DNA from: an uncultured Candidatus Saccharibacteria bacterium
GTDB taxonomy: Bacteria > Patescibacteriota > Minisyncoccia > Phycocordibacterales > PCTT01
Assembly (NCBI GenBank): GCA_964566505.1
Contig: CAZMIM010000003.1
Coordinates: 16,463 to 80,462, forward strand
Reading direction: 5' to 3'
Length of the DNA stretch: 64,000 bases
The translations under genes were made by a program, and so were the position numbers. The notes beneath the pieces are model-generated. The model saw only the letters and a program-made list of their open reading frames with translations. It searched no databases and was not told the origin of the DNA. The first letter of the stretch is position 1. Each line of letters begins with the position of its first letter. Shown piece by piece: positions 55,504 through 64,000 of this stretch.

Positions 55504-56739
55504 ATGAGACAATCACAACTACTTACTAAAACACGAAAAGAAGCACCATCTGACGAGGTTTCAAAAAACGCTCAGTTACTTATTCAGGGCGGGTTTATTC
55601 ACAAAGAAATGGCAGGAGTATACGCACTTCTTCCACTTGGTGTTCGTGTGATAAAGAATATAGAAGAGATAATTCGCCAAGAAATGAATGCTGTTGGAGG
55701 GCAGGAGATTCAAATGACAGCACTTCAAGATCCAGAGCCATGGGAAAAGTCTGGTAGGTGGAGCAATGAAGTTATGGATGTTTGGTTTAAAACAGAGCTT
55801 CAGTCTGGTGGGTCTCTAGGGCTTGCACCTACTCATGAAGAGCCACTTACAAAGCTCCTCACAAACCATATAAACTCTTACAAAGACCTACCAGTGTATC
55901 CGTACCAGTTTCAAACGAAGTTTAGAAATGAGCTTCGTGCAAAGAGCGGTATTATGCGCGGACGAGAGTTTCTAATGAAAGACCTTTACTCATTCTCTTT
56001 GAACGAAGAGCAACACAATGATTTTTATGAAGAGATGAAAGTTGCTTATACAAATGTTTTTAATCGCCTAGGTCTTGGAGATATTACATATCTTACATAC
56101 GCATCAGGTGGCTCATTCTCACCATTTTCACATGAGTTTCAAACATTAACTGATGCTGGAGAGGATATTATTCATATTTGTAATCAGTGTAAGGTGGCTG
56201 TAAATGAGGAGATAATCGAGACACACAATACATGTCCAGAGTGTGATGCAAATGATTTGCAAAAAGAAAAAGCTGTTGAGGTTGGAAACATTTTCTCTCT
56301 TGGTACAAAATTCTCTGATGCACTTTCACTCACATACACAGACTCAGACGGAGCGCATAAAAAGGTTGTGATGGGGAGCTATGGAATTGGACTTGGGCGC
56401 GTAATGGGAACAGTGGTGGAGACTCTTTCTGATGATAATGGAATAGTGTGGCCAGAAGAGATTGCACCATTTAGAGTTCACCTTATTTCACTTGGACAAA
56501 ACGAAGAAGCAGAAAAGCTTTATGATGAGCTAACTTCAAGAGGGGTAGAAGTTCTATATGACGATAGGGATTGTTCTGCTGGAGAGAAGTTTTCTGACTC
56601 TGACCTGCTTGGTATTCCATGCAGAGTAGTTATAAGTGCAAAGACGCTTGAGAAAGATGCACTTGAAGTAAAGAGAAGAGACTCAAGCGATGCAGAGTTT
56701 ATTAAGGATACAGAACTATTTAACAGACTGAAGGCATGA
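55504..56739 (+). CDS. proS: Proline--tRNA ligase (short form, no editing insertion)
   Basis: MRQSQL, PTHEE, KFRNELR, REFLMKDLYSF, EVGNIF.LG, MGSYGIG. Confidence 0.96.
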   Translation: MRQSQLLTKTRKEAPSDEVSKNAQLLIQGGFIHKEMAGVYALLPLGVRVIKNIEEIIRQEMNAVGGQEIQMTALQDPEPWEKSGRWSNEVMDVWFKTELQSGGSLGLAPTHEEPLTKLLTNHINSYKDLPVYPYQFQTKFRNELRAKSGIMRGREFLMKDLYSFSLNEEQHNDFYEEMKVAYTNVFNRLGLGDITYLTYASGGSFSPFSHEFQTLTDAGEDIIHICNQCKVAVNEEIIETHNTCPECDANDLQKEKAVEVGNIFSLGTKFSDALSLTYTDSDGAHKKVVMGSYGIGLGRVMGTVVETLSDDNGIVWPEEIAPFRVHLISLGQNEEAEKLYDELTSRGVEVLYDDRDCSAGEKFSDSDLLGIPCRVVISAKTLEKDALEVKRRDSSDAEFIKDTELFNRLKA

Positions 56740-57815
56740 TAGGAAGATATTATAGAGATTTGCATAAAAAAGTATCTCCGCTTCTTTCTAATGATATTGG
56801 TATTGATTTAGGAACAGCAAATACGCTTTTGTATGTGCGTGGAAAAGGAATTGTTCTCAACGAGCCCTCAGTTGTAGCACTTAACCAAAAGACAGGACAA
56901 ATCGTAGATATTGGTTTAGGAGCCAAAGAAATGCTTGGTCGTACACCTGGGCATATTGTTGCCATAAAACCTCTTGTTGATGGTGTGGTGTCTGACTATG
57001 AGGTAACAGAGGAGATGCTTGCATATCTTCTCAACCGTGCACAAGAGCATGTGTCTAGAAAAATTGTGGGCCCACGAGTGATTGTGGGTGTGCCTTCGGG
57101 TATCACCAATGTTGAGCGTCGCGCAGTACGAGACGCTGCAAAAGGCGCAGGAGCACGAGAGGTATACATAGTAGAGGAGCCAATGGCATCTGCTGTAGGT
57201 ATTCGTCTGCCTATTTATGAGCCAGTTGGTTCTATGGTGGTAGACATTGGTGGAGGTACTACAGACATTGCCATCATCTCACTCGGCGGTTTGGTAGTTT
57301 CAAAAAATCTTACTATCGCAGGAGATAGATTCAACAAAGACATCATTAGCTATGTGCGTGATGAGTTTAAAATTTTGATAGGGGAGAAAACTGCCGAGTA
57401 TCTAAAACTCACAACTACATCTATTACTGTTCCAGAAAAGCCAATCGAGACCATAGTGAAGGGAAGAGACTTGGTTACTGGTTTGCCACGAGAGATTACT
57501 GTTACTGATGCTGATATACGAGAAGCTCTATCACACTCCATTGATGCGCTCATTGAAGCGATTAAGGCGGTGATGGAAAGTGCACCACCTGAAATTCTTG
57601 GTGATGTTATGCAAAGAGGAATGTTTTTGGTAGGAGGTGGCTCACTGTTGCGCGGACTTTCTGAGTTTTTGACTGACTGGCTTAAGATACCGGTATATCA
57701 AAGTGATGAGCCACTAACTGCAGTTGCTCGTGGTACGGGTATTATTTTGGAGAATCTAGAGAATTATCAGGATGTTTTGATAGAAGACGATGAAGAGATT
57801 CCTATCCACAGCTAA
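56736..57815 (+). CDS. mreB: Rod shape-determining actin MreB, copy 2 (mreBCD-pbp2 operon)
   Basis: GIDLGTANT, EEPMA, DIGGGTT, VGGGSLL. Confidence 0.93.
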   Translation: MIGRYYRDLHKKVSPLLSNDIGIDLGTANTLLYVRGKGIVLNEPSVVALNQKTGQIVDIGLGAKEMLGRTPGHIVAIKPLVDGVVSDYEVTEEMLAYLLNRAQEHVSRKIVGPRVIVGVPSGITNVERRAVRDAAKGAGAREVYIVEEPMASAVGIRLPIYEPVGSMVVDIGGGTTDIAIISLGGLVVSKNLTIAGDRFNKDIISYVRDEFKILIGEKTAEYLKLTTTSITVPEKPIETIVKGRDLVTGLPREITVTDADIREALSHSIDALIEAIKAVMESAPPEILGDVMQRGMFLVGGGSLLRGLSEFLTDWLKIPVYQSDEPLTAVARGTGIILENLENYQDVLIEDDEEIPIHS

Positions 57816-58611
57816 AAGAAATAAGTTTTCTCGAAGAAAGAAGCTTTCACTCCGAACTCGGATTATTTCCGGGTTTGTTTTGGTGATTGTTTTTATATCA
57901 CTTGTTGCGCCTAGGTTTATGAGCAATGTCACACATGCAATTGGTGGTCCTTTGTGGAAATTTAAAACACAGCGAATAGACAACTCAGTTATGGCGAGCA
58001 TTGTTTCATATTTTGGTTCAAAGAGTGGTTTAGAAAAAGAAAACAAACAGCTAAAGGATAAAGTTTCAGAGCTTGAAATGAAGCTTGTGGATTATGATGT
58101 AATAAAAAGTGAAAATGATTCTCTTCGAACATCGCTTGGTATGAGAAGCATAAATGACGATGTTGTGTTTGCGTATGTTTTGAAAAGACCTTCTGCTACT
58201 CCGTATGACACGCTAGTGCTTGGTGCTGGTATTACAGAAGGGGTTCGTGTCGGTGATGGAGTAAGAGTAGGCGGCACACAATACATAGGTACTATTACGA
58301 GAGTAAACAACAATACATCTATTGCAACACTGTATTCTACTCCAGAAAATACACATGAGGTTGTGATTGCAGATATTCTTAGCGGAACAGCGGAAGGTAT
58401 TGGAAATGGAAACTTTTTGATTACTCTTCCTCGTGATATTTCAGTTTCAGAGGGGATGTCTGTGCGACTTTCTTCTTTCCCTCGAACACTTCTAGGGTTT
58501 ATTGAATCAGTAGAGAAAGAGCCGTCTGAATCATTCCAAGATATTTTAGTAAGAAGTCCAATACGTATCCAAACACTTAACCATGTATTTATCACTCGAT
58601 CGTCACAATAA
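57790..58611 (+). CDS. mreC: Rod shape-determining protein MreC
   Basis: TM helix, coiled coil (EN..L), G...GV..GD.V; follows mreB. Confidence 0.88.
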   Translation: MKRFLSTAKRNKFSRRKKLSLRTRIISGFVLVIVFISLVAPRFMSNVTHAIGGPLWKFKTQRIDNSVMASIVSYFGSKSGLEKENKQLKDKVSELEMKLVDYDVIKSENDSLRTSLGMRSINDDVVFAYVLKRPSATPYDTLVLGAGITEGVRVGDGVRVGGTQYIGTITRVNNNTSIATLYSTPENTHEVVIADILSGTAEGIGNGNFLITLPRDISVSEGMSVRLSSFPRTLLGFIESVEKEPSESFQDILVRSPIRIQTLNHVFITRSSQ

Positions 58612-58870
58612 ATGGGTTCGTATTATATTTGATGCCTGTGTGCTCTTGAGCGCATTTATGCTTTCTTGGTGGTTTACGGCCATTTTGGCAATCATAGGGG
58701 TGCTATGGTTTGAAAACTTTTATGAGCTCTTGCTCGTAGGGCTTTTGATCGATCTCTTGTATGGAGCCAGTCTTTCGATAAAACCCTTTACTCTTTGGTT
58801 TACATTTTTTGGAGTATTGCTATTTTCTCTGTCGCGACCAATCAAAAAACAACTTAGATATTATTCATGA
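58583..58870 (+). CDS. Short MreD-like membrane protein
   Basis: Hydrophobic, GLLIDLLYG motif, located between mreC and pbp2. Confidence 0.6.
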   Translation: MYLSLDRHNKWVRIIFDACVLLSAFMLSWWFTAILAIIGVLWFENFYELLLVGLLIDLLYGASLSIKPFTLWFTFFGVLLFSLSRPIKKQLRYYS

Positions 58871-60546
58871 GAAAGCGTTTTCGAAAATTTTCATATAGAG
58901 ATATTGCTCCTGATGAAATTTTTCTTGATGCACGAAATGCCCCTCGTTTTGATAAACATCAGCTCGAAGGTCGTCTGGAAAAGCCTATATCAGAGCGAAC
59001 ACCCCGAATGGTAGGAGGCCTCTTTTTGTTGGTGGTACTTATTTTCTCAGGACAACTATTTTTGCTTCAGGTAAAAAATGGAGATGCATACCTTGATCAA
59101 AGTGAGAACAATTCTCTTCGGCACGATGTTTTGTTTGCAGATAGGGGAATAATATATGACAGAAATGGAGTTGAGCTTGCGTGGAATGAGCCAAACACAG
59201 AAGACGAGTACTCTCTTCGAAAATATAATTCGCTCTCAGGTCTTGCTCATGTACTCGGATATGTTACATATCCACAAAAAGATGAGCGAGGATACTATTT
59301 CCAACAGGAATATGTTGGAACAACAGGAGTAGAAGAAGGGTATGAGGAGTTGCTTTCCGGTGAGAATGGTATTCGTATTCGTGAGCGCGATGTATTTCTT
59401 GATGTAGTTTCAGAAAGCACCATTAATGAGCCACACAATGGAGATGATGTGATTCTCACAATAGATGCTCGAGTACAACACAATCTTTATGAATTTATAC
59501 GCGATTTGGCTCTTCGTACTGGCTTCCAAGGGGGCGCTGGTGTTTTGATGGACATTCACACAGGAGAGATAATTGCGCTTACGAGCTATCCAGAATATTC
59601 GCCACAAGTAATGACAGATGGAGACGACAGAGAAAGAATAAACAGATATCTTGAAAACCAATACACCCCGTTTCTGAACAGGGCAACAAATGGTCTTTAT
59701 ACACCAGGGTCTATAGTGAAGCCTTTTGTGGCACTTGGTGCACTCAATGAGGAGGTAATAACTCCTGAGAAAACTATTTTAAGTACTGGCAGTATACGAC
59801 TACCAAATCCATACAATCCAGAGCTTTTCTCAATTTTTACCGACTGGAAGGCCCATGGAAATGTAAATGTAAAAGATGCGCTTGCTGTGTCTTCTAATAT
59901 TTATTTCTATGAAGTTGCAGGGGGGTATGAAGACCAGATAGGTATTGGTATTACAAAACTCGAAGAATACATACGAGCATTTGGGGTGGGAGAGAGAACA
60001 AATATAAAAGGAATTAGTGAAGTAGATGGTGTTGTGCCAAATCCAGACTGGAAGGAAGAAAATTTTGAAGATGGTGTTTGGCGTGTGGGAGATACATATA
60101 ACACAGCTATTGGTCAGTATGGTTTTCAAGTTACGCCAATTCAGATGGCTCGAGCAGTTGCAGGAATTGCTTCAGGAGGAGAGCTTGTTCGCCCTAAAAT
60201 AAATCTAAATGAAAAAACACAAAAATCATCAGTATCTATAAATGTTTCATCTGAACATCTAGAGACTGTACAAGATGGAATGCGTCTTGGTGTAACTGCT
60301 GGTATTGCACAAGCACTCAATGTTCCTTTTGTAAAAGTTGCTGCAAAAACAGGTACTGCAGAGCTTGGTGTATCTAAAAAGCTTGTAAACTCATGGATTA
60401 CAGGGTTTTATCCTTACCTTGATCCCCAGTATGCTTTTGCTGTAGTGATGGAGCGTGGTCCTAGCACAAACCTCACTGGCGCAGTGTTTGTGATGAGGAA
60501 TTTGCTTGAGTGGATGGCACTTGAGGCACCTGAGTATCTAGAGTAG
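58867..60546 (+). CDS. mrdA: Penicillin-binding protein 2 (class B transpeptidase)
   Basis: RGIIYDRNG, PGSIVK (SxxK), SSN (SxN), KTGT. Confidence 0.9.
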   Translation: MRKRFRKFSYRDIAPDEIFLDARNAPRFDKHQLEGRLEKPISERTPRMVGGLFLLVVLIFSGQLFLLQVKNGDAYLDQSENNSLRHDVLFADRGIIYDRNGVELAWNEPNTEDEYSLRKYNSLSGLAHVLGYVTYPQKDERGYYFQQEYVGTTGVEEGYEELLSGENGIRIRERDVFLDVVSESTINEPHNGDDVILTIDARVQHNLYEFIRDLALRTGFQGGAGVLMDIHTGEIIALTSYPEYSPQVMTDGDDRERINRYLENQYTPFLNRATNGLYTPGSIVKPFVALGALNEEVITPEKTILSTGSIRLPNPYNPELFSIFTDWKAHGNVNVKDALAVSSNIYFYEVAGGYEDQIGIGITKLEEYIRAFGVGERTNIKGISEVDGVVPNPDWKEENFEDGVWRVGDTYNTAIGQYGFQVTPIQMARAVAGIASGGELVRPKINLNEKTQKSSVSINVSSEHLETVQDGMRLGVTAGIAQALNVPFVKVAAKTGTAELGVSKKLVNSWITGFYPYLDPQYAFAVVMERGPSTNLTGAVFVMRNLLEWMALEAPEYLE

Positions 60547-60553
60547 GTTTGAT

Positions 60554-60582
60554 TTGACTTTCAAGTACTGGTCGCTTATAGT
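60554..60582 (+). promoter_or_regulatory. Sigma-70 promoter of greA
   Basis: TTGACT-17nt-TATAGT. Confidence 0.65.
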
Positions 60583-60607
60583 ATGTGCTTAATAACCACC
60601 CCAAAAC

Positions 60608-61078
60608 ATGCCAGAAGAAGAGCAATATATTACAAAAGAAAAGAAAGAACAGCTTCAAGAGGAGCTTGTTTATCTCACCACAAAGCGACGAAAAGAAGTT
60701 GCAGAGCAACTTGATTATGCAAAGTCACTAGGAGATCTTTCTGAGAACGCTGAATATCATCAGGCTCGACAAGACCAAGCTATGCTAGAAGATAGAATTC
60801 GAGAAATCGAAGGAATGCTTAAATATGCTCAAGTTATTGATCACAAGAAATCTGATGTGGTAGAGGTTGGTTCTACTGTAGAGATTCGAAAATCTCGAGA
60901 ACGAAAGACACGAGAGTTTACTATTGTAGGAAAAGAAGAGTCAGACATGGCCACTGCTCGTATTTCAAATCTATCACCGCTTGCACAAGCTATGCTTGGC
61001 AAGAAGAAGGGAGAGAAGTTTACATTCAAAACACCAGCCGGTGAGGATGTTACCTATACGATAGAGAAGGTTAAGTAG
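60608..61078 (+). CDS. greA: Transcription elongation factor GreA
   Basis: GDLSENAEY, IS..SPLA.A.LGK. Confidence 0.96.
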   Translation: MPEEEQYITKEKKEQLQEELVYLTTKRRKEVAEQLDYAKSLGDLSENAEYHQARQDQAMLEDRIREIEGMLKYAQVIDHKKSDVVEVGSTVEIRKSRERKTREFTIVGKEESDMATARISNLSPLAQAMLGKKKGEKFTFKTPAGEDVTYTIEKVK

Positions 61079-61107
61079 GATTTAGCCACTAGCGACTAGG
61101 GGCTAAG

Positions 61108-61149
61108 AAAACCAACGGCTCAACTTATAGAAGTTGAGCCGTTGGTTTT
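61108..61149. repeat. REP-like palindrome / terminator (AACGGCTCA family)
   Basis: AAAACCAACGGCTCAACTTATAGAAGTTGAGCCGTTGGTTTT. Confidence 0.75.
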
Positions 61150-61241
61150 TGTTTGGGAGAACCATGTTATCTCAAACATTGACAGAATAGAAAGTTATGA
61201 TATTATATCTATGAGTAGAACCTTAATAAACGGAGAATCAA

Positions 61242-61649
61242 ATGACTCTCAAGGAAAAACTTGAAAGCTGGTCGCAGTGGCAGTACTCAGTATTGGTGAC
61301 CTTGTTCATTTTTTCTGTGTATTCTGTTATGTTGTATGCTACACATAATACTCAAACAGCAGCACTAGGAGTATTTTCCGTGTCGGCATTGGCAACAATA
61401 GCGGTTTTAATCGTATCGATCGAGGGAGTGCTAGCAGGAGTCGTAGCATTCTTAGTAGGTTTCATAGCAATGGCGGAAGGAGTAATTTTAGAAATCGTAG
61501 TAGTAATAGTTGTAATAGTGTTACTTGCAACAGTCGTTGCAAGTGAAAAAGAAACCTCAAGGTTATGGGTCACTACTACGGCAATTGTTCAAGCTGTTGT
61601 CATGTACGGACTCTTTGAGCTAGCAAATCACTTAATCTTGAAAGCTTAG
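61242..61649 (+). CDS. Hypothetical membrane protein
   Basis: 135 aa, hydrophobic. Own promoter TTGACA-16-TATTAT (61179..61206), GGAG SD, terminator ~61663..61702. Confidence 0.7.
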   Translation: MTLKEKLESWSQWQYSVLVTLFIFSVYSVMLYATHNTQTAALGVFSVSALATIAVLIVSIEGVLAGVVAFLVGFIAMAEGVILEIVVVIVVIVLLATVVASEKETSRLWVTTTAIVQAVVMYGLFELANHLILKA

Positions 61650-61704
61650 ACGCTTTTCAAGAAACAAACCCCACTCACCGTTGGTGATATGGGGTTTTGT
61701 TTTA

Positions 61705-61739
61705 TACTAGATACTAAATACCACATACTATATACTATT
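61705..61739 (+). repeat. Orphan heptamer array (same family as the 416..447 arm) upstream of lysS
   Basis: TACTAGA TACTAAA TACCACA TACTATA TACTATT, then TAAT ATG. Confidence 0.75.
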
Positions 61740-61743
61740 TAAT

Positions 61744-63210
61744 ATGGCATCACTTGAAGAGCTTCGCCAAGAGCGAATAAAAAAGATGAAAACACTCCAA
61801 GAGAAAGGGATAGATGTATATCCTGCGCGAACTAATCGCACTCTTTATATTGATGAATTTCTAAAAGATTTCCAAAAACATGAAGAGGCTAAAGATTCTC
61901 ATTGGCTTGTGGGGCGCGTAATGTCTGTAAGGGGGCATGGTGGCTCTGCGTTCGTAGATATATTCGATGGAACAGAGAAAATCCAGTGTTTCCTAAAAGA
62001 GGACAACATGGATAGCGATGCATTCGCACTTTTTATGGAAACGATTGATATGGGAGATTTTATAGAATGTTCTGGAACCGCATTTACAACCAAAAAAGGA
62101 CAACCGTCTCTTTTAGTAGAAAAATGGAACATTCTTTCAAAGAGCTTGCGACCACTTCCAGAGAAGTGGCATGGCCTTGTGGATGAGGAGGAGCGTTTCC
62201 GAAAGCGATATCTTGATATGCTTACCAACTCAGAAGTGAGAGGTATGGTATACAAAAGATCAAAGTTTTGGAATGCTACACGACAATTTTTGATGGATAA
62301 AGGTTTTCTAGAGGTAGAGACTCCAGTACTTGAGGCAACAGCAGGAGGTGCTGATGCACGACCTTTTGAGACACACCACAATGCGCTTGATATGGATGTG
62401 TATCTTCGTATTTCAGCAGGGGAGCTATGGCAGAAAAAGCTTATGGTTGCAGGATTTCCGAAAGTATTTGAAATTGGACGAATTTTTAGAAATGAAGGTA
62501 TGTCACATGAACACCTTCAAGACTACACACAGCTTGAGTTTTATTGGGCATATGCAGATTATCAAATGGGAATGGATTTGGTGCGCGATATGTATAGCTT
62601 CATAGCAGAAGAAACAATAGGAACACAGCAATTTAGTGTAGGAGATTTTGAGATAGATCTTTCAAAAGAGTGGGAGATATTTGACTACAGAGATACGATA
62701 AAGCGTTTTACTGATGTAGATATAGATAAGGCAGAATTTGGTGAGCTTACAGAAAAGCTCGACGAGCTGGGGGTATCATATGACAAAGATGGTTTTAATG
62801 AGGTGCGAGCAATAGATACACTATGGAAGTATTGTCGTAAACAAATAGCTGGTCCTGGATTTTTGGTAAACATTCCAAAAGAAGTATCACCACTTGCCAA
62901 AACAAGTCGTGATGATATGCGTGTGGTGGAGCAGTTTCAGCCAATTATTGCTGGCTCAGAGGTAGGGAAGGGATATAGCGAGCTAAATGACCCAATAGAC
63001 CAAGACGATCGTTTTAAAGCACAGCAAGCTCTTCGAGATGCAGGTGACGACGAGGCTCAGATGCACGACCACAGCTTTGTAGAGGCTCTTGAGTACGGTA
63101 TGCCACCTACTTGTGGCTTTGGTATGAGTGAGCGATTCTTTGCATTTTTGATGGATAAATCAGTGCGTGAGACACAGCTATTTCCACTCATGAGACCAAA
63201 AGAAGAATAG
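61744..63210 (+). CDS. lysS: Lysine--tRNA ligase (class II)
   Basis: LRPLPEKWHGL, GGADARPF.THHN, FRNEG, YSELNDP, ALEYGMPP, LFP.MRP. Confidence 0.97.
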   Translation: MASLEELRQERIKKMKTLQEKGIDVYPARTNRTLYIDEFLKDFQKHEEAKDSHWLVGRVMSVRGHGGSAFVDIFDGTEKIQCFLKEDNMDSDAFALFMETIDMGDFIECSGTAFTTKKGQPSLLVEKWNILSKSLRPLPEKWHGLVDEEERFRKRYLDMLTNSEVRGMVYKRSKFWNATRQFLMDKGFLEVETPVLEATAGGADARPFETHHNALDMDVYLRISAGELWQKKLMVAGFPKVFEIGRIFRNEGMSHEHLQDYTQLEFYWAYADYQMGMDLVRDMYSFIAEETIGTQQFSVGDFEIDLSKEWEIFDYRDTIKRFTDVDIDKAEFGELTEKLDELGVSYDKDGFNEVRAIDTLWKYCRKQIAGPGFLVNIPKEVSPLAKTSRDDMRVVEQFQPIIAGSEVGKGYSELNDPIDQDDRFKAQQALRDAGDDEAQMHDHSFVEALEYGMPPTCGFGMSERFFAFLMDKSVRETQLFPLMRPKEE

Positions 63211-63358
63211 TTATAAAAAAGAAATAAAAACACCTCGCGATTTTTCGCGGGGTGTTTTGTGTAAGGATTGACTTTTAGCTTTAAATATGGTAATAATAGC
63301 TCCGGTAATCAATGAACTTTTCAAAACAAATGCCCCATATGGGGCGGAGTAAATACTC

Positions 63359-64000
63359 ATGAAACGCTTTATTGCGTCTTTCGTGCTTCTGCTCCTGTTC
63401 TCTACAGGGAGTGCGTTGGGGCAGAACAAGCAGGCAAAGATCGTGTCTCCGGCGCAAGCCGATGAGATTGATCTGACTGCAAACGGAAAAGTTTTCTTCG
63501 TCGATGCTGAGCCTGTGGTTTGGCGAGAAGAGGACTACGGTATTCGTGTGTTTTTTGGCGATGGCTCTGAGCTTTTCGTTAAAACGCAAACGGTTCTTGC
63601 ATCCGGAAAATCTGGATGTGGAGCACTCCCTGATCCTTATATCACGTTTTCACCAGCTACGGCTGTGTCGAGTTCGCGGTATGAGTTTTCACAGGATATC
63701 GGATCTGTACAGCGTGGTAACGGTGACTTCACCGTAACTGCGTATCGGTATACGTCTGCTACCACAACGGTGGCAGAAAGTCCGTCTGTTGTGTACTTCC
63801 AGTATAGTACGGCTTCGGCCGGCACTAGATTGGTTGCTATTGCAAACTACACAGATCCTTCTGTTGCTGGTTCACAGTGTCGTGCAACACAAACGACCCT
63901 GTATTCCAACATTCAGAACGGTTCTGGTGGTGGAAACACAGCACCGGTATTCACCAGTACTCCACCTAATGCCAACTTGGATGTAGGAGATTCTTACTCC
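63359..64000 (+). CDS. Secreted protein with start of an Ig/cadherin-like domain (truncated by window edge; not in ORF track)
   Basis: Manual translation is open for 214 codons: MKRFIASFVLLLLFSTGSALGQ...GGGNTAPVFTSTPPNANLDVGDSYS. Confidence 0.72.
   Translation, partial: MKRFIASFVLLLLFSTGSALGQNKQAKIVSPAQADEIDLTANGKVFFVDAEPVVWREEDYGIRVFFGDGSELFVKTQTVLASGKSGCGALPDPYITFSPATAVSSSRYEFSQDIGSVQRGNGDFTVTAYRYTSATTTVAESPSVVYFQYSTASAGTRLVAIANYTDPSVAGSQCRATQTTLYSNIQNGSGGGNTAPVFTSTPPNANLDVGDSYS

Noticed and set aside
50368-57815. Two mreB copies as a novelty
   Set aside because: Multiple MreB paralogs are common; one lies in the ordinary mreBCD-pbp2 operon.
61081-61107. TTTAGCC ACTAGCG ACTAGGG as the missing 5' heptamer arm for the lysS array
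   Set aside because: It folds on itself (TTAGCC-ACTAG..CTAGG-GGCTAA) and is poorly complementary to 61705..61739.
1-64000. Alternative genetic code (TGA=Gly as in Gracilibacteria/Absconditabacteria)
   Set aside because: Core genes are full length under code 11 and proS ends in TGA; the only internal stop found is one TAA.

Overview
AT-rich bacterial chromosome segment using genetic code 11 (TGA is a stop, e.g. proS). Gene content and protein sizes (short ValRS, ProRS, RpoB and RpoC, two MreB copies, no biosynthetic pathway genes) point to a Patescibacteria/CPR, probably Parcubacteria, genome; this is inference. Most of the window is housekeeping: valS, tsaD, ftsAZ, rpsA, rpoBC, dnaG-rpoD, truB x2, def-fmt, mreB/mreBCD-pbp2, frr, proS, greA, lysS. 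Small accessory genes, each with its own promoter and terminator, are interspersed. RNA genes are tRNA-Glu(TTC), whose CCA abuts the tsaD ATG, and tRNA-Asn(GTT), split by a 264-nt group I intron and preceded by a perfect 18-nt antisense copy of its own 5' end. The most unusual signals are small enzyme-less insertion-like units. (1) A four-helix-bundle (IVS-protein-like) gene is enclosed by 32-bp inverted heptamer arrays that would loop it out of the valS-prsW mRNA and supply a -10 box to the next gene; an orphan arm sits before lysS. (2) A wHTH gene between def and fmt is bracketed by 20-bp palindromic direct repeats. (3) A 141-bp MITE-like element duplicated the start codon of an MFS gene. 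(4) There are several REP-like palindrome families and decayed att-like sites beside tRNA-Asn. Also notable: a degenerate HisRS paralog, an MsrA with its catalytic Cys replaced by Tyr, two candidate structured ncRNAs and pervasive leaderless-type starts. No CRISPR array, transposase, integrase, reverse transcriptase or rRNA was seen. All calls are by eye; no database searches were run.
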